Shown: positions 1 to 9,606 of the stretch, in pieces
Position numbering within the stretch: the stretch's first letter is position 1
Layout of the letters: every line of letters begins with the position of its first letter
NCBI GenBank assembly: GCA_964389545.1
Contig: CAYMDN010000001.1
Span: 39,592-103,591, forward strand
DNA from: an uncultured Clostridium sp.
Lineage (GTDB): Bacteria > Bacillota > Clostridia > TANB77 > CAG-508
Reading direction: 5' to 3'
Length of the DNA: 64,000 bases
Notes under the pieces: model-generated
The model's input: only the letters and a program-made list of their open reading frames with translations
What the model was told of the DNA's origin: nothing
Databases searched by the model: none
Position numbers and translations under genes: made by a program

Positions 1-1028
1 ATTGAAAGTGGTTTTTTATAAAATTCAACTGCATCTTTTAATTTTCTCAATTCTTCATTATAGTTATAAAAAACAATCAATCTATCATTTGTTGATTCTA
101 GCAATTCTCTAAATGCTTGAAGTTTTTGTTTATTATATTGACCACATAATTGTCTTGCATATAATCTTTTTGTAAGTGCTGTATCACCAACCAATTCAAT
201 TCTTGGTGTAATATCTTTCCCTTCAAAGTCTGAATGGTCATGAAATTCTGTATAATTTAATGTGTCAAAAACAATTATTGAATTTTTCATAAATTTTCTA
301 TATTCTTTTGATGTTTGAATATTTATTGGAATTTCAACTTGTTCAGGTAAATCAAAACATTCTTCTGTTTTCATAAATATTGCACCATGTTCCCTTAATT
401 TGTCTTTTAATCTATCAACATTTTTATATGGTTCTTTTTTATCAACATACCAAAATGGTGTACCACCCAAAGTTTGTTTTCGCCAATTTACATATTGTTT
501 GTTGTATAATTGTTCTGATATTTTCCAACCTAATAAATGAATTTGTGACCAAAGATTTTCATATTTTCCTGATGATGGTGTTCCTGATAACAAAATTACA
601 TTTTTAGGTTTCATTTTAAGAATATATTTTGTTCTTTCTGCTTTGGAATTTTGTATTACAGAACTTTCATCAAGCATCAATGTAAAATCTTCTAAATCTT
701 TAAAATATGACCTTCTAAATATCAAATCATAATTTATTACACCTATTCTTTTTGGATATAAACCTATTCTTTCTCTAAATAATCTTAATTGTTCTTTATC
801 TGATAAATCATATATTGAATAACCACTATAATATTTTACGAAGTGGTCAACCCAATCTTGAATTTTTGATTTTTGGCATATAATAATGTTCGTATCATTT
901 CCAAGTTCATGCATTTTTTCAGCCCCAACAAAAGTTTTACCAAGCCCCATGTCCAAATAATATGCAACTTTATTAAATTGTTTTGTCAACCCTAATGCTT
1001 TCTTTTGATGTTCATATAATTCCATCAT
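1..1028 (-). CDS. SNF2/DEAD-like phage replication helicase, N-terminal ~340 aa (gene runs off the window start)
   Basis: Minus-strand reading from ATGATGG at 1028 gives MMELYEHQKKALG...LDMGLGKTFVGAEK (Walker A) ...LMLDESSVIQN (DExx box). RBS AGGTGA lies upstream. No stop before position 1. The ORF track omits it because it is edge-truncated. Translated by eye. Confidence 0.55.
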   Translation of the reverse strand, partial: MMELYEHQKKALGLTKQFNKVAYYLDMGLGKTFVGAEKMHELGNDTNIIICQKSKIQDWVDHFVKYYSGYSIYDLSDKEQLRLFRERIGLYPKRIGVINYDLIFRRSYFKDLEDFTLMLDESSVIQNSKAERTKYILKMKPKNVILLSGTPSSGKYENLWSQIHLLGWKISEQLYNKQYVNWRKQTLGGTPFWYVDKKEPYKNVDRLKDKLREHGAIFMKTEECFDLPEQVEIPINIQTSKEYRKFMKNSIIVFDTLNYTEFHDHSDFEGKDITPRIELVGDTALTKRLYARQLCGQYNKQKLQAFRELLESTNDRLIVFYNYNEELRKLKDAVEFYKKPLS

Positions 1029-1031
1029 TTT

Positions 1032-1439
1032 TCACCTTTCTTCATATTCACCTATATATTCTTTTAATTTTTTAGGACTTATGTGATATGACCATTTTGA
1101 TTTCTTTTTTGAAGCAAACCCAAACGGTGCTGTTCCCATTTGCAATGCTATTCTGATGAATTCTTCTGATTTATCAAGCAACATTGCAGCTTTCCAAACT
1201 GGTACATTATTGCAAGTATTTATATTCAAATCATGTTCTTTTTCTATTTCTTTTTCCAAATCTTCAACAGTACATCCAAGAAATTCTGCAATTTGTTCTT
1301 TTACTTTGTCTTGTGGAATATGTTTTCCTGATAAGTATTGACTAATTGATGATTTACCTTTACCAATTCCATTTGCTAGTTCCACAGGTTTCATTTCTTT
1401 TTCATTCAGTATGTCTTTTAAATTACTTGCAAAACTCAA
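1032..1439 (-). CDS. XRE-family HTH transcriptional regulator (prophage CI/Cro-type)
   Basis: 135 aa. N-terminal HTH_3-like segment ELANGIGKGKSSISQYLSGKHIP. The operator palindrome at 1459-1478 sits in its promoter region. Confidence 0.7.
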   Translation of the reverse strand: MSFASNLKDILNEKEMKPVELANGIGKGKSSISQYLSGKHIPQDKVKEQIAEFLGCTVEDLEKEIEKEHDLNINTCNNVPVWKAAMLLDKSEEFIRIALQMGTAPFGFASKKKSKWSYHISPKKLKEYIGEYEER

Positions 1440-1458
1440 ACCAATTCATTCCTTTCTT

Positions 1459-1478
1459 TTGTATCTTTTAAGATACAA
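1459..1478. promoter_or_regulatory. Operator O1: perfect 20-bp palindrome TTGTATCTT-TT-AAGATACAA
   Basis: 9-bp inverted arms with a 2-bp spacer, read directly. Near-identical copies at 1690-1709 and 2151-2170, each just upstream of a minus-strand transcription unit. The flanking ~45 bp are also duplicated between the 1440-1500 and 1672-1720 regions. Confidence 0.7.
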
Positions 1479-1671
1479 ACAATTCAAAAAAATTTGTTAT
1501 TCTTCTTTTTAATTTCATTTTATCTTCTTTTGTCCAATATTTAATGCTAGATATACCAAAAATTATCATAAAAATTGTACATCTAATTATTGCTTCTTTC
1601 ATATCAATTGCATCGTTTTCCAATGCACCAACTGTTCCTAATAACATTATAAAACTTATAAAACAAACCAT
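1468..1671 (-). CDS. small hydrophobic protein (67 aa) in the lysogeny module
   Basis: ORF with two hydrophobic segments. An operator copy precedes it (1690-1709). Confidence 0.3.
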   Translation of the reverse strand: MVCFISFIMLLGTVGALENDAIDMKEAIIRCTIFMIIFGISSIKYWTKEDKMKLKRRITNFFELFVS

Positions 1672-1689
1672 TTCTTTTCCTTCTTTCTT

Positions 1690-1709
1690 TTGTATCTTTT
1701 AAGATACAT
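1690..1709. promoter_or_regulatory. Operator O2: TTGTATCTT-TT-AAGATACAt
   Basis: Same palindrome as O1 with one mismatch. Confidence 0.65.
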
Positions 1710-1940
1710 CTAACTTAAAAAAATTTCCACTACTTCTGCATCTGTTAAATTGTACCTTTCTTTAATTATTTGAATTTCAGTTTGTGTAAATTCTGCCCCA
1801 TTTGTATTATTCTTTTTAGCTGATAATCTTTGTGGTGATAAATTTAAGGCTTTTGCTAATGTTTCATTATTATCACCATATAATGCCATTTTTGAATTTA
1901 ATAAATTAAGATTGACTTTCACATTTATCACCCCTTTCAA
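1710..1940 (-). CDS. small DNA-binding-like phage regulatory protein (76 aa)
   Basis: ETLAKALNLSPQRLS...TQTEIQIIKERYNLTDAEV resembles an HTH Cro/antirepressor-like segment. Weak call. Confidence 0.35.
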   Translation of the reverse strand: MKGVINVKVNLNLLNSKMALYGDNNETLAKALNLSPQRLSAKKNNTNGAEFTQTEIQIIKERYNLTDAEVVEIFLS

Positions 1941-2133
1941 TGAATTTATTGTTGTTATACTGTTTCATAATTTTTATTTCAACTTTATCATCAGGATGTT
2001 TTGTTTTTGATTCCAAAATAAATTCTTGATGATTTTGTTGTAATTTTAAAATATAATTTTCAAATTCTTGTTCATCATCAAATTGAATTATCTGATAAAT
2101 AGCTGCTGAAACTACTTTTTTCACTTCTTTCAC
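1906..2133 (-). CDS. hypothetical phage protein (75 aa)
   Basis: ORF only. Operator O3 lies immediately upstream. Confidence 0.3.
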   Translation of the reverse strand: MKEVKKVVSAAIYQIIQFDDEQEFENYILKLQQNHQEFILESKTKHPDDKVEIKIMKQYNNNKFIERGDKCESQS

Positions 2134-2150
2134 CTTCCTTCAATTTGGTT

Positions 2151-2170
2151 TTGTATCTTGTAAGATACAC
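2151..2170. promoter_or_regulatory. Operator O3: TTGTATCTT-GT-AAGATACAc in the divergent promoter region
   Basis: Palindrome between the divergent units 2133(-) and 2333(+). Further AAGATACAA half-sites at 2271-2279 and 2303-2311 sit inside a ~26-bp tandem repeat at 2269-2326. Confidence 0.65.
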
Positions 2171-2332
2171 ATATCTTATATCAATATTTTTCCTTTGTCA
2201 ATACTTTTTGAAAAAAAATTTTAAAATTCTTCAAAAAAACTTTCAAAATATGAATAAATATGCTAAAATTAAGATACAAATAATTTTAGAAATGTTAAGT
2301 TTAAGATACAACATTTTAGAAAGGAAAAAATT

Positions 2333-2755
2333 ATGAATAAAGAAATTAGTGAAAAAATAAAAGCATATCGTGATGAACATGAGTTATCACAAGCTGAATT
2401 CGGTAAATTATGTTATGTTCAAAGGGCAGCTGTTAGCAAGTGGGAAAAAGGTCAAGTAACAAATATGACACCCAAATCATTATTTGCGGTTTCTGATTTA
2501 ATTGGTGTTGACCCAAGAGAATTCTATTTTGACAATTGGGAAAGAAAATACAACAACAATAACAAACTTACAACTGAATCTAATATACTTGATTCAGTTA
2601 AATCAATGTATGGAAAAGAAGCAAGTGACCTTTTAATTGATTATATTCAATTAAATGATTTAGGTAAAAAAAAACTGATTGAAAATGCATCAGATTTAAT
2701 ATCAATGTCCAAATACACTTTTGAAGAAAAAGGGGATGAAAAAAGGGCATTATAA
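2333..2755 (+). CDS. XRE-family HTH regulator (CI-like repressor candidate)
   Basis: 140 aa. HTH LSQAEFGKLCYVQRAAVSKWEKGQ. RBS AGGAAAAAATTATG. Divergent from the minus-strand early genes and on the same strand as the integrase. Confidence 0.7.
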   Translation: MNKEISEKIKAYRDEHELSQAEFGKLCYVQRAAVSKWEKGQVTNMTPKSLFAVSDLIGVDPREFYFDNWERKYNNNNKLTTESNILDSVKSMYGKEASDLLIDYIQLNDLGKKKLIENASDLISMSKYTFEEKGDEKRAL

Positions 2756-2796
2756 TTCATTATGATTTTAGAAAAAAGAAATAAAAGTACAATATG

Positions 2797-3007
2797 GGTT
2801 CAATGTAAAGGTTCAAAGTGAAACCCCAGTTTTTTCAATGCGGTTCAAAGTGGTTCAAGGTAATTTATACTTAATAATAAAATAATGATTTCTTATTATT
2901 ACAAAATTTTAATGTTTTTATAAAAAATAAATAATAGTAAAATCACATTGAACCTTGAACCTTAAAATTAAAAAATATTGATTTATCAATACTTTGACTT
3001 GGTTCAA
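2797..3007. repeat. Array of 7 GGTTCAA(A/G)G repeats flanking a 70-bp AT-rich core (candidate integrase arm-type sites or iterons)
   Basis: Direct copies at 2797, 2810, 2842, 2852 and 3001. Inverted copies (TTGAACC) at 2949 and 2956. AT-rich stretch at 2870-2940. Confidence 0.55.
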
Positions 3008-3029
3008 GATTGATAAGAAAGGAAAAAAT

Positions 3030-3353
3030 ATGAAATATTCAATAAAATATGGTGTAAATCCACCAACTAAAACATTTGAAATAAATGAATTGGAAGAAAA
3101 ATTTTTTGATGTGTTATATTCCAAATTACCTGAAAATGTTAATAAACATATAAATTTAATTAGAATGGCAAATGGCACTTTAACTGTTGATTGTAAAGGC
3201 TTTTTCATTGGAAAAATCAAACTACAAGGAAACAAACACGATATGCTAATATTAACATCTTTATATGCTTCATATGTTGTTGATAATAATTTTATCGAAC
3301 ACATAGATGAATGGGTAAAATACATAAATGAATATATTATTAAAGATTTATAG
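3030..3353 (+). CDS. hypothetical phage protein
   Basis: The ORF track gives 2994-3353. The internal ATG at 3030 has the better RBS (AAAGGAAAAAAT). Confidence 0.4.
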   Translation: MKYSIKYGVNPPTKTFEINELEEKFFDVLYSKLPENVNKHINLIRMANGTLTVDCKGFFIGKIKLQGNKHDMLILTSLYASYVVDNNFIEHIDEWVKYINEYIIKDL

Positions 3354-3367
3354 AAAGGAAATAAATA

Positions 3368-3757
3368 ATGTTTGGAAAAAATAAAAATTCTATTCTTAAA
3401 GTAATGCATTATGAAGGTTTAGATGGGTTTATTCAAGATTATCCATGTACCATAGAAATGAAAAATGATACTTTTGAAATAAAACGAATTAAACCTGAAA
3501 CAACTGTTAATTTATCAATTACACAAATTAAAAAAATTGAAACAATGGAAGAACCTAGATTCATGGTGAAATACCATAATAATGATGCTATGACAGACAA
3601 AGGAATTAAAAAATATTATTTGGTTGTAACATATACTTCAAAAAGCAATGAAGAAAAGTATATTGCTTTTTGGGGTACTGCTTTTGAATATAATAAGTTT
3701 CTTGATTTACAAAATAAACAACTAAATACTCAAAAATCTAATTCTTATTATTTATAG
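3368..3757 (+). CDS. hypothetical phage protein (129 aa)
   Basis: ORF with RBS AAAGGAAATAAATAATG. Confidence 0.4.
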   Translation: MFGKNKNSILKVMHYEGLDGFIQDYPCTIEMKNDTFEIKRIKPETTVNLSITQIKKIETMEEPRFMVKYHNNDAMTDKGIKKYYLVVTYTSKSNEEKYIAFWGTAFEYNKFLDLQNKQLNTQKSNSYYL

Positions 3758-3771
3758 AAAGGAAGGTCTAA

Positions 3772-4800
3772 ATGAAAAATCCAAATGGTTATGGTACAGT
3801 TGTCAAACTATCAGGTAACAGAAGAAAACCATATGCAGTAAGAAAAACAATTGGCTTTAACAAAAAAGGTCATCCAATATATCAACCAATTGGTTACACA
3901 GAAACAAGAGAAGAAGGCTTGGAAATGTTGGCACTATATAATCATGAACCATGGAACATTGACAGGGATAAAGTAACATTAAAAATGCTTTATGAACGAT
4001 GGTTGGAAGTGAAGTTTCCAAAATTAGGGGATGCAACACAAAAATCTTTGAAGTCTGCATATAAGCATTGTAAAAAATATGAAAATGCTATTTATAGAAA
4101 ATTAAGGTCTTTTGATATGCAGGATTGTATTGATAATTGTGGATGTGGTTATTCAACACAATGGGCAATAAAGAATCTTTTTGGACATCTTGATAGATTT
4201 GCATTTGAAATTGATATTATTGACAAGATGTATTCACAAATTACTACTGCTGAACCTGTTCCTGAAACTAGCAAAAAACCATTTACTGATGATGAAATTA
4301 AAATATTATATGAAAATAAAGATGATGAATGGGTAGAAACTATTATTTTATATAATTTTACAGGTTTTAGACTTAATGAATTATTATCAATAGAAGTGAC
4401 ATCAATAGATTTGGATGAAGGTGTTTTTAAGGGTGGTTCAAAAACCAATTCAGGTAAAAACAGAATTGTTCCAATTCATTCTTTAATATATAACATTGTG
4501 GAAAAAAGAGTAAAAACAAATAGAAAATATTTAATTGAATTTGAAGGTAAAAAACTATCCAAAAGTAAATATTATGAATTTTGGAATGAAACAATGGAAA
4601 AATTAGGTTTAAGCCATACACCACATGAATGTAGACATTTTTTCAGAACCAAATTAGATTCAGTTGGTGCAAATAAAAAATGTACAGATTTAATGATGGG
4701 TCATAAGTCAAAAGATGTTGGTGAAAGAAGATATACACATAAAACAATTCAAGAATTAAAAGATGAAATTGAAAAGATAAAATTTGATTTTTGGGTTTGA
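3772..4800 (+). CDS. int: Tyrosine recombinase / phage integrase with N-terminal arm-binding (AP2-like) domain
   Basis: N-terminus GYGTVVKLSGNRRKPYAVRKT. C-terminal catalytic residues HECRHFFRT ... GHKSKDVGERRYTH (R-H-R-Y family). Confidence 0.85.
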   Translation: MKNPNGYGTVVKLSGNRRKPYAVRKTIGFNKKGHPIYQPIGYTETREEGLEMLALYNHEPWNIDRDKVTLKMLYERWLEVKFPKLGDATQKSLKSAYKHCKKYENAIYRKLRSFDMQDCIDNCGCGYSTQWAIKNLFGHLDRFAFEIDIIDKMYSQITTAEPVPETSKKPFTDDEIKILYENKDDEWVETIILYNFTGFRLNELLSIEVTSIDLDEGVFKGGSKTNSGKNRIVPIHSLIYNIVEKRVKTNRKYLIEFEGKKLSKSKYYEFWNETMEKLGLSHTPHECRHFFRTKLDSVGANKKCTDLMMGHKSKDVGERRYTHKTIQELKDEIEKIKFDFWV

Positions 4801-4822
4801 ACTAATAACAAATTAGTAACAC

Positions 4823-4864
4823 AAAATCGCTACATTACCTATTTATAAGCAATGTAGCGATTTT
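4823..4864. terminator. Bidirectional hairpin terminator between int(+) and the 4863(-) gene; possibly also the prophage boundary
   Basis: 14-bp inverted repeat AAAATCGCTACATT / AATGTAGCGATTTT with a 14-nt loop. Confidence 0.5.
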
Positions 4865-5375
4865 ATGTGTGTATTATATCATAATTATTAAACATTTTTA
4901 ATATTCTTAAAAGTGCTGTTCTAAAAAATCTTGTATAAATATTTCCAAATTGCTTTTCATCACCAAATACCGACATATCTAAATTGCTTTCTATAATTCC
5001 TAAAATATTAAAATATATGCTTTCTCTTTTATATATATTATTTTGTAATAATATATCAATCCACTTATTTGCTATTTTATATTTAATATTTTCTCTATCA
5101 ATTTTTCCATAATGTATCTCTCCATTATTTTCTTTATGAAATCTACATTCTTCTGCACAATATCCAAATTTCTTCACATTTTCATTTAAACATCTAGCAT
5201 TATTTAATTCTACAAACAATTCATCTTTCTTATTTTTAGGAATAGCCATTATCATTATATAATCTATTATTTCTTCTTTTTTTCCATATCTATATACCCT
5301 ATTCTTTGATTCATCAACATATAAGTCTAGATGAATTTCTTTTACTGGTATATCATAAAATTTAATTAAATCCAT
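4863..5375 (-). CDS. hypothetical protein (170 aa)
   Basis: ORF only. Confidence 0.35.
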   Translation of the reverse strand: MDLIKFYDIPVKEIHLDLYVDESKNRVYRYGKKEEIIDYIMIMAIPKNKKDELFVELNNARCLNENVKKFGYCAEECRFHKENNGEIHYGKIDRENIKYKIANKWIDILLQNNIYKRESIYFNILGIIESNLDMSVFGDEKQFGNIYTRFFRTALLRILKMFNNYDIIHT

Positions 5376-5482
5376 AAAATCACCTTTTGTATAATATTTT
5401 TAATTTTTTAAAGCCTGTCTCTTGTTAAAAAAGCAAAATAATTTTGTAGGTTAAATTACATCATTAATTTGCTTTTCTTTTG

Positions 5483-6412
5483 TTATTTATTAAATACTTT
5501 ATTAAATTCTTGTTTTATAATTAGTGCTTGTTTACAAAACCATTCAAATACGTCTTCCCATTCTTCTTGATTTGTAATGTCACATTTTTTTATGGCTTTT
5601 ATTCTAGATGCCTTCTTATTATCTAGTCTCTGCCATTTATATTTTAAATTTGTTTTTTCTTCTATTTTTTCTTTATTTTTATAAAATAAATCATATATAT
5701 CTTTATTATTATCTATATAAACTTCTATACCTATTTCATTTCTTTGCGTAGCACAAGTTAATGAAATATGATATTCTGAACTTCCCATAGGCAAATCATA
5801 CCAATGTTGAGGTAAAGCTTTTCTTTTATTAAATTCTTTTGAATATTCTTCATTACTTGCACCATATTCTCCAAACGCTTGCCAAAATTCACCTTGCAAT
5901 TTTTGAGCTTTTCCTAATCCATTGTTTGATTTTTGAGTTTTTCCCCAATCATTAGGTTTTGACACTATATTAAATTTAGGTGCAGCTAGTGAATCTCCTA
6001 TTCTCCATACTTCAATTTCTAATAAGAAAAAACCAACTTCTTCATCAGTATGTGCATTTAACCATTCAATAGCTTGTCTATGTTCATCTCTTGCTCTTTT
6101 AACAATCCAAATAATGGTTTTAGCATCTTTGCCAGATGCATATGTTATTATTTTTCCGAGATGGTCATGATTTGAATCTTCAAGCTGATTCTCTATAACA
6201 ACTTTTCTATCTGTTCCTTCTTCCATTCCATAAACATCTACACTATATTTTCCTACAGCTGATTCCCTTTCTTCTAATATAATATCCATTCCTATTGTAT
6301 CACTAAGTTCTTTTAGATTTTCTTCTTTGCTAAGCCATACTGAAAAATCATATTCTTCATTAGCCCATATTTCTCTTAAATTTACTTTTTCTAATTTTCC
6401 TAATTTATTCAT
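5483..6412 (-). CDS. DUF4268-like protein (R-M-associated, nuclease-fold N-terminus)
   Basis: VVIENQLEDSNHDHLGKIITYASG, recalled from memory as the DUF4268 signature. Directly downstream of the R-M pair. Confidence 0.5.
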   Translation of the reverse strand: MNKLGKLEKVNLREIWANEEYDFSVWLSKEENLKELSDTIGMDIILEERESAVGKYSVDVYGMEEGTDRKVVIENQLEDSNHDHLGKIITYASGKDAKTIIWIVKRARDEHRQAIEWLNAHTDEEVGFFLLEIEVWRIGDSLAAPKFNIVSKPNDWGKTQKSNNGLGKAQKLQGEFWQAFGEYGASNEEYSKEFNKRKALPQHWYDLPMGSSEYHISLTCATQRNEIGIEVYIDNNKDIYDLFYKNKEKIEEKTNLKYKWQRLDNKKASRIKAIKKCDITNQEEWEDVFEWFCKQALIIKQEFNKVFNK

Positions 6413-6489
6413 TAATATTTTCTCCTTTATAACTTAAAAGAGAAATGAATTAATATATATCATTTCTCTTTTTATAAATTTAATATATA

Positions 6490-7485
6490 TTATAGAAACT
6501 CACTATATGATAATGATTTTATATATTTCTCCATAATATTCCAGTCAATATTATTATTCGCGTCAATTGGTAAATTTATATATTCTTTTTTTATTCTAAC
6601 TTGTGCTCTTTTTCTAGAATATTCATATTTATCTAAATAATAGTTTAATAATGTTTGTAAATATACTACTGTATATTTATTAATGTATTTTTTATAGTTA
6701 TCTTTAACTTCTAAAATTTCAACGTGATCAGATCCTATAAATTTATCGTTTTGATAAAAGCATTTTCCATCTGTAGCACTATCAACTGTAAAAACATTTC
6801 CTTCCTCGCTATATTCATTATGAAATCCTTTAAAACCAAAATTTTTGTTTGAAGTCGTTATATAAATATAGTCTCCTTCTTTTAATTGTTGCTGATTTAT
6901 TTTTCCTTTTATCCCACGAACTTTGAATATTTCAGTAATTGGATAATCCTTAGTGTTCTTAATAATAATGTTTTCTTTGGTTGCTTTTAACTTTCTTTGT
7001 TTCCAATTTATTTCAGGAATCATTGAATCAATATAAGATTCTATATAATCCCATGCAATACTTTCATCATCATTAATAGGTAATTTTATATAATCTTTTT
7101 GTATTCTTTTATCAGACATTTCTCTATTAAAAAAATAGTTTTCTTTTAGAGCTTTTAATAATGTTATTAAATACATTGCTATTTTCTTATTTAATTCCCT
7201 ATCTTTTAGCCATAGTACTGTTACATGATCTGATGCAACAAATTCATAGTCATGGTAAAACGCATATCCTACACTACCACTATTAGCAATAGTAATACAA
7301 TTTTTATAGACCTTCATATAACTTGGAGGAGTTATATAATTATCTACTCCATTATTAAATTTCGTAGAGGATATATATGCTATATCTCCATCTTCTTGAT
7401 TTAATTTTATTAATCTTTTTCCTCTACAATAATTAAAAACATCTGATATTAAAAAATATTTATAATTAATCATTTTCATCTCCAA
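6490..7485 (-). CDS. Restriction-modification specificity (S) subunit, two target-recognition domains
   Basis: 331 aa. Duplicated conserved segments ...DYIKLPINDDESIAWDYIESYI and ...EYINLPIDANNNIDWNIMEKYI typical of HsdS/BcgIB-type S subunits. Overlaps the upstream gene by 20 nt. Confidence 0.8.
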   Translation of the reverse strand: MEMKMINYKYFLISDVFNYCRGKRLIKLNQEDGDIAYISSTKFNNGVDNYITPPSYMKVYKNCITIANSGSVGYAFYHDYEFVASDHVTVLWLKDRELNKKIAMYLITLLKALKENYFFNREMSDKRIQKDYIKLPINDDESIAWDYIESYIDSMIPEINWKQRKLKATKENIIIKNTKDYPITEIFKVRGIKGKINQQQLKEGDYIYITTSNKNFGFKGFHNEYSEEGNVFTVDSATDGKCFYQNDKFIGSDHVEILEVKDNYKKYINKYTVVYLQTLLNYYLDKYEYSRKRAQVRIKKEYINLPIDANNNIDWNIMEKYIKSLSYSEFL

Positions 7486-9487
7486 TAATATCGTTTGCTG
7501 ATATTGTATTTTCTTGTAAAATTTCTAACAATTCTATTTCGTTTAAGTCTTTATCTAATAACCCTAAATCTTTTTTTGTATTAAATATAACAAACTCTTT
7601 AATTGTTTTTTCGAAATCATTTTTATTAATTTTTTCAAATTCTACCTTTGAAAAAGCTTGAATTAGCCATTCATCTTTTTCCTTTATTTTGACATAGCAA
7701 TGTGTTATATCATTAACATTCTTTGGATTTCTATACCATGGTGCATCAATATCTTCTAGCATTTCTTTCTTTATACCATTCCATTTTTTATAAACGTCTC
7801 TTCTTCCTTTTTTCTTAGCTAATTCAAAACCATCTGATTTTAAATTATAAAAATCTACATATTTTGAATAATCATGTGGTCTATTTGTCTCAATAACTAT
7901 TATCGAACTTCCAGTTGAAGCATTAGGTTGAAATAGATCTTTTGGCATGTTGATTACAGCTTTTAATGTATTTTCTTTTAATAAATTATCTCTTATATCG
8001 CTTTCACTCATAAATGCTTGTGGTGGTGCAATCATTACTACATATCTAGAACATATTTTACACATTTTTTCTAAAAAGCTTATCTCTTTCATCCATGGTT
8101 TTTTATTTTTACTGTTAGAATTTTTATTACTTTTAAATTTCTTTAGTTCTTCATATGTTGTAAATGAACCAGAATATGGCGGATTGATGAATCCTATAGT
8201 TGGTTTTTCATCTAGTTCCTCTAATTTCTTCTTGAAATTCTTATCAAATTCAGGTGCGAAAAAATCATAATTAAGTATATTAGATTTTCCATCACCTCTG
8301 AACAACATATTAGAAATAGCTAAAATATACATATGGGATTTTAACTCATTTCCTATTAATTGTTTCTTTCTAACATTTTCTCTTCCTTTACTATCTGTTT
8401 GTAATTCTATAAGCTTATTCATTGCTGCTATTAGAAACGAACCTGTTCCACAGCATGAATCAAAAATCACATCATCCTTCTTTAAATCTACTAAATGTGT
8501 AAATAGTTCAGAAACATGTTCTGGAGTTAAAATAATTCCAGATTGAACATCTACAATTCCAGCATATCTTAAAAATTCTTGATAAAATTTTCCTATAATA
8601 TCATAATTGTTTCTAGTATCAAATAATGGTATTACATTGTTCTTCAATATTGTTAAAATTGTCTTTATTGTATCCGTTTCTAATAGATCTTTTTCATTTT
8701 CAAATGTATTAAATTCCCTCATGATCATTTCTATTTTTTCTTTTGGTAAATTTTCTCCATCTTCTCCCAATATATCAGGAACAACAATTCCTATTTGGCT
8801 CATTAATTGTTTTGGATTGTATCCCTCAAATTGTTCTCTAAAAAGATTTCTATTCTTCCCATTTTTTGACTCATATAATGAAATCAATAAAATACTTAAT
8901 AAAGTTGGTCTTTTATCTTCTTTTACTGAATACAGTAAATTATTAATTCTATTTGATGCCTGAGAAATTCTAGAAGAAATCTCTTCTAAGTTTAAATTTT
9001 CAAATAATGCCAAATAATCATCTTCATTATGAATTTCATTTATATTCATATCAACAATAGTATCTATCTTAATTCCATAAGTGTCTATTCTATATGAATA
9101 TTCTGCTGAAACATCTCCAGATACTGCTATTCCTAAAATATTCCATTTTTTCAATTCATTTAGTGCATTATTTACTTCTGTATCATATATTCCAAAAGAT
9201 TGAAGTGTTCCAGGCATAAAGCATGATAAATAATGTTTTGTCTGAGGGATAGCTTCTTTTTCATGTTGACCAATTGTAGATTTCAATTCAATCATTATTA
9301 ACAATCTTTTTTTATCATTAACATATATAAAATCAGGCAACCCAATATTTCCATTTTTATTTTTAGACGAATGATTTAAGATAGTATTTATATATTCGTT
9401 ATCTGTATTCTCTCTCCACTCATTAGAATATTGCAAATTCAATAAATATGAATGCAAAGATAAAAATGTTTTATCATTTCTTGGCAT
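7466..9487 (-). CDS. Fused restriction endonuclease-N6-adenine methyltransferase subunit (type IIB/BcgI-A-like)
   Basis: N-terminal PD-(D/E)xK-like PDFIYVNDKKRLLIMIELK. MTase motif I FDSCCGTGSFL and motif IV NPPY (GFINPPYSGS). Likely start MPRNDK at 9487 (RBS GGAGGG). Confidence 0.7.
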   Translation of the reverse strand: MPRNDKTFLSLHSYLLNLQYSNEWRENTDNEYINTILNHSSKNKNGNIGLPDFIYVNDKKRLLIMIELKSTIGQHEKEAIPQTKHYLSCFMPGTLQSFGIYDTEVNNALNELKKWNILGIAVSGDVSAEYSYRIDTYGIKIDTIVDMNINEIHNEDDYLALFENLNLEEISSRISQASNRINNLLYSVKEDKRPTLLSILLISLYESKNGKNRNLFREQFEGYNPKQLMSQIGIVVPDILGEDGENLPKEKIEMIMREFNTFENEKDLLETDTIKTILTILKNNVIPLFDTRNNYDIIGKFYQEFLRYAGIVDVQSGIILTPEHVSELFTHLVDLKKDDVIFDSCCGTGSFLIAAMNKLIELQTDSKGRENVRKKQLIGNELKSHMYILAISNMLFRGDGKSNILNYDFFAPEFDKNFKKKLEELDEKPTIGFINPPYSGSFTTYEELKKFKSNKNSNSKNKKPWMKEISFLEKMCKICSRYVVMIAPPQAFMSESDIRDNLLKENTLKAVINMPKDLFQPNASTGSSIIVIETNRPHDYSKYVDFYNLKSDGFELAKKKGRRDVYKKWNGIKKEMLEDIDAPWYRNPKNVNDITHCYVKIKEKDEWLIQAFSKVEFEKINKNDFEKTIKEFVIFNTKKDLGLLDKDLNEIELLEILQENTISANDIIGDEND

Positions 9488-9588
9488 AATTCCCTCCAAA
9501 ATATCATATTTTTTTATATTTTATCATATTAAGTATTTTTTTTGTATATTTTTTTATAATTTTTTATATTTTTTTGCAATTACATAGT

Positions 9589-9606
9589 AACAAACATTTG
9601 TTTGTT
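9589..9606. promoter_or_regulatory. Perfect palindrome AACAAACATTTGTTTGTT flanked by TTGCAAT direct repeats in the R-M promoter region
   Basis: Read directly. ~120 bp upstream of the R-M start in a 330-bp AT-rich leader. Confidence 0.4.

Noticed and set aside
2797-3007. Possible CRISPR array
   Set aside because: The repeats are only 7 bp, in both orientations and irregularly spaced. There are no cas genes.
7947-8963. Plus-strand ORFs of 107 and 118 aa inside the R-M gene
   Set aside because: They are antisense to a well-supported gene and are low-complexity, F/L/S-rich translations typical of AT-rich antisense frames. The same applies to 47616-48104, 49681-50112, 50986-51312, 53394-53816, 56441-58600 and 380-607.
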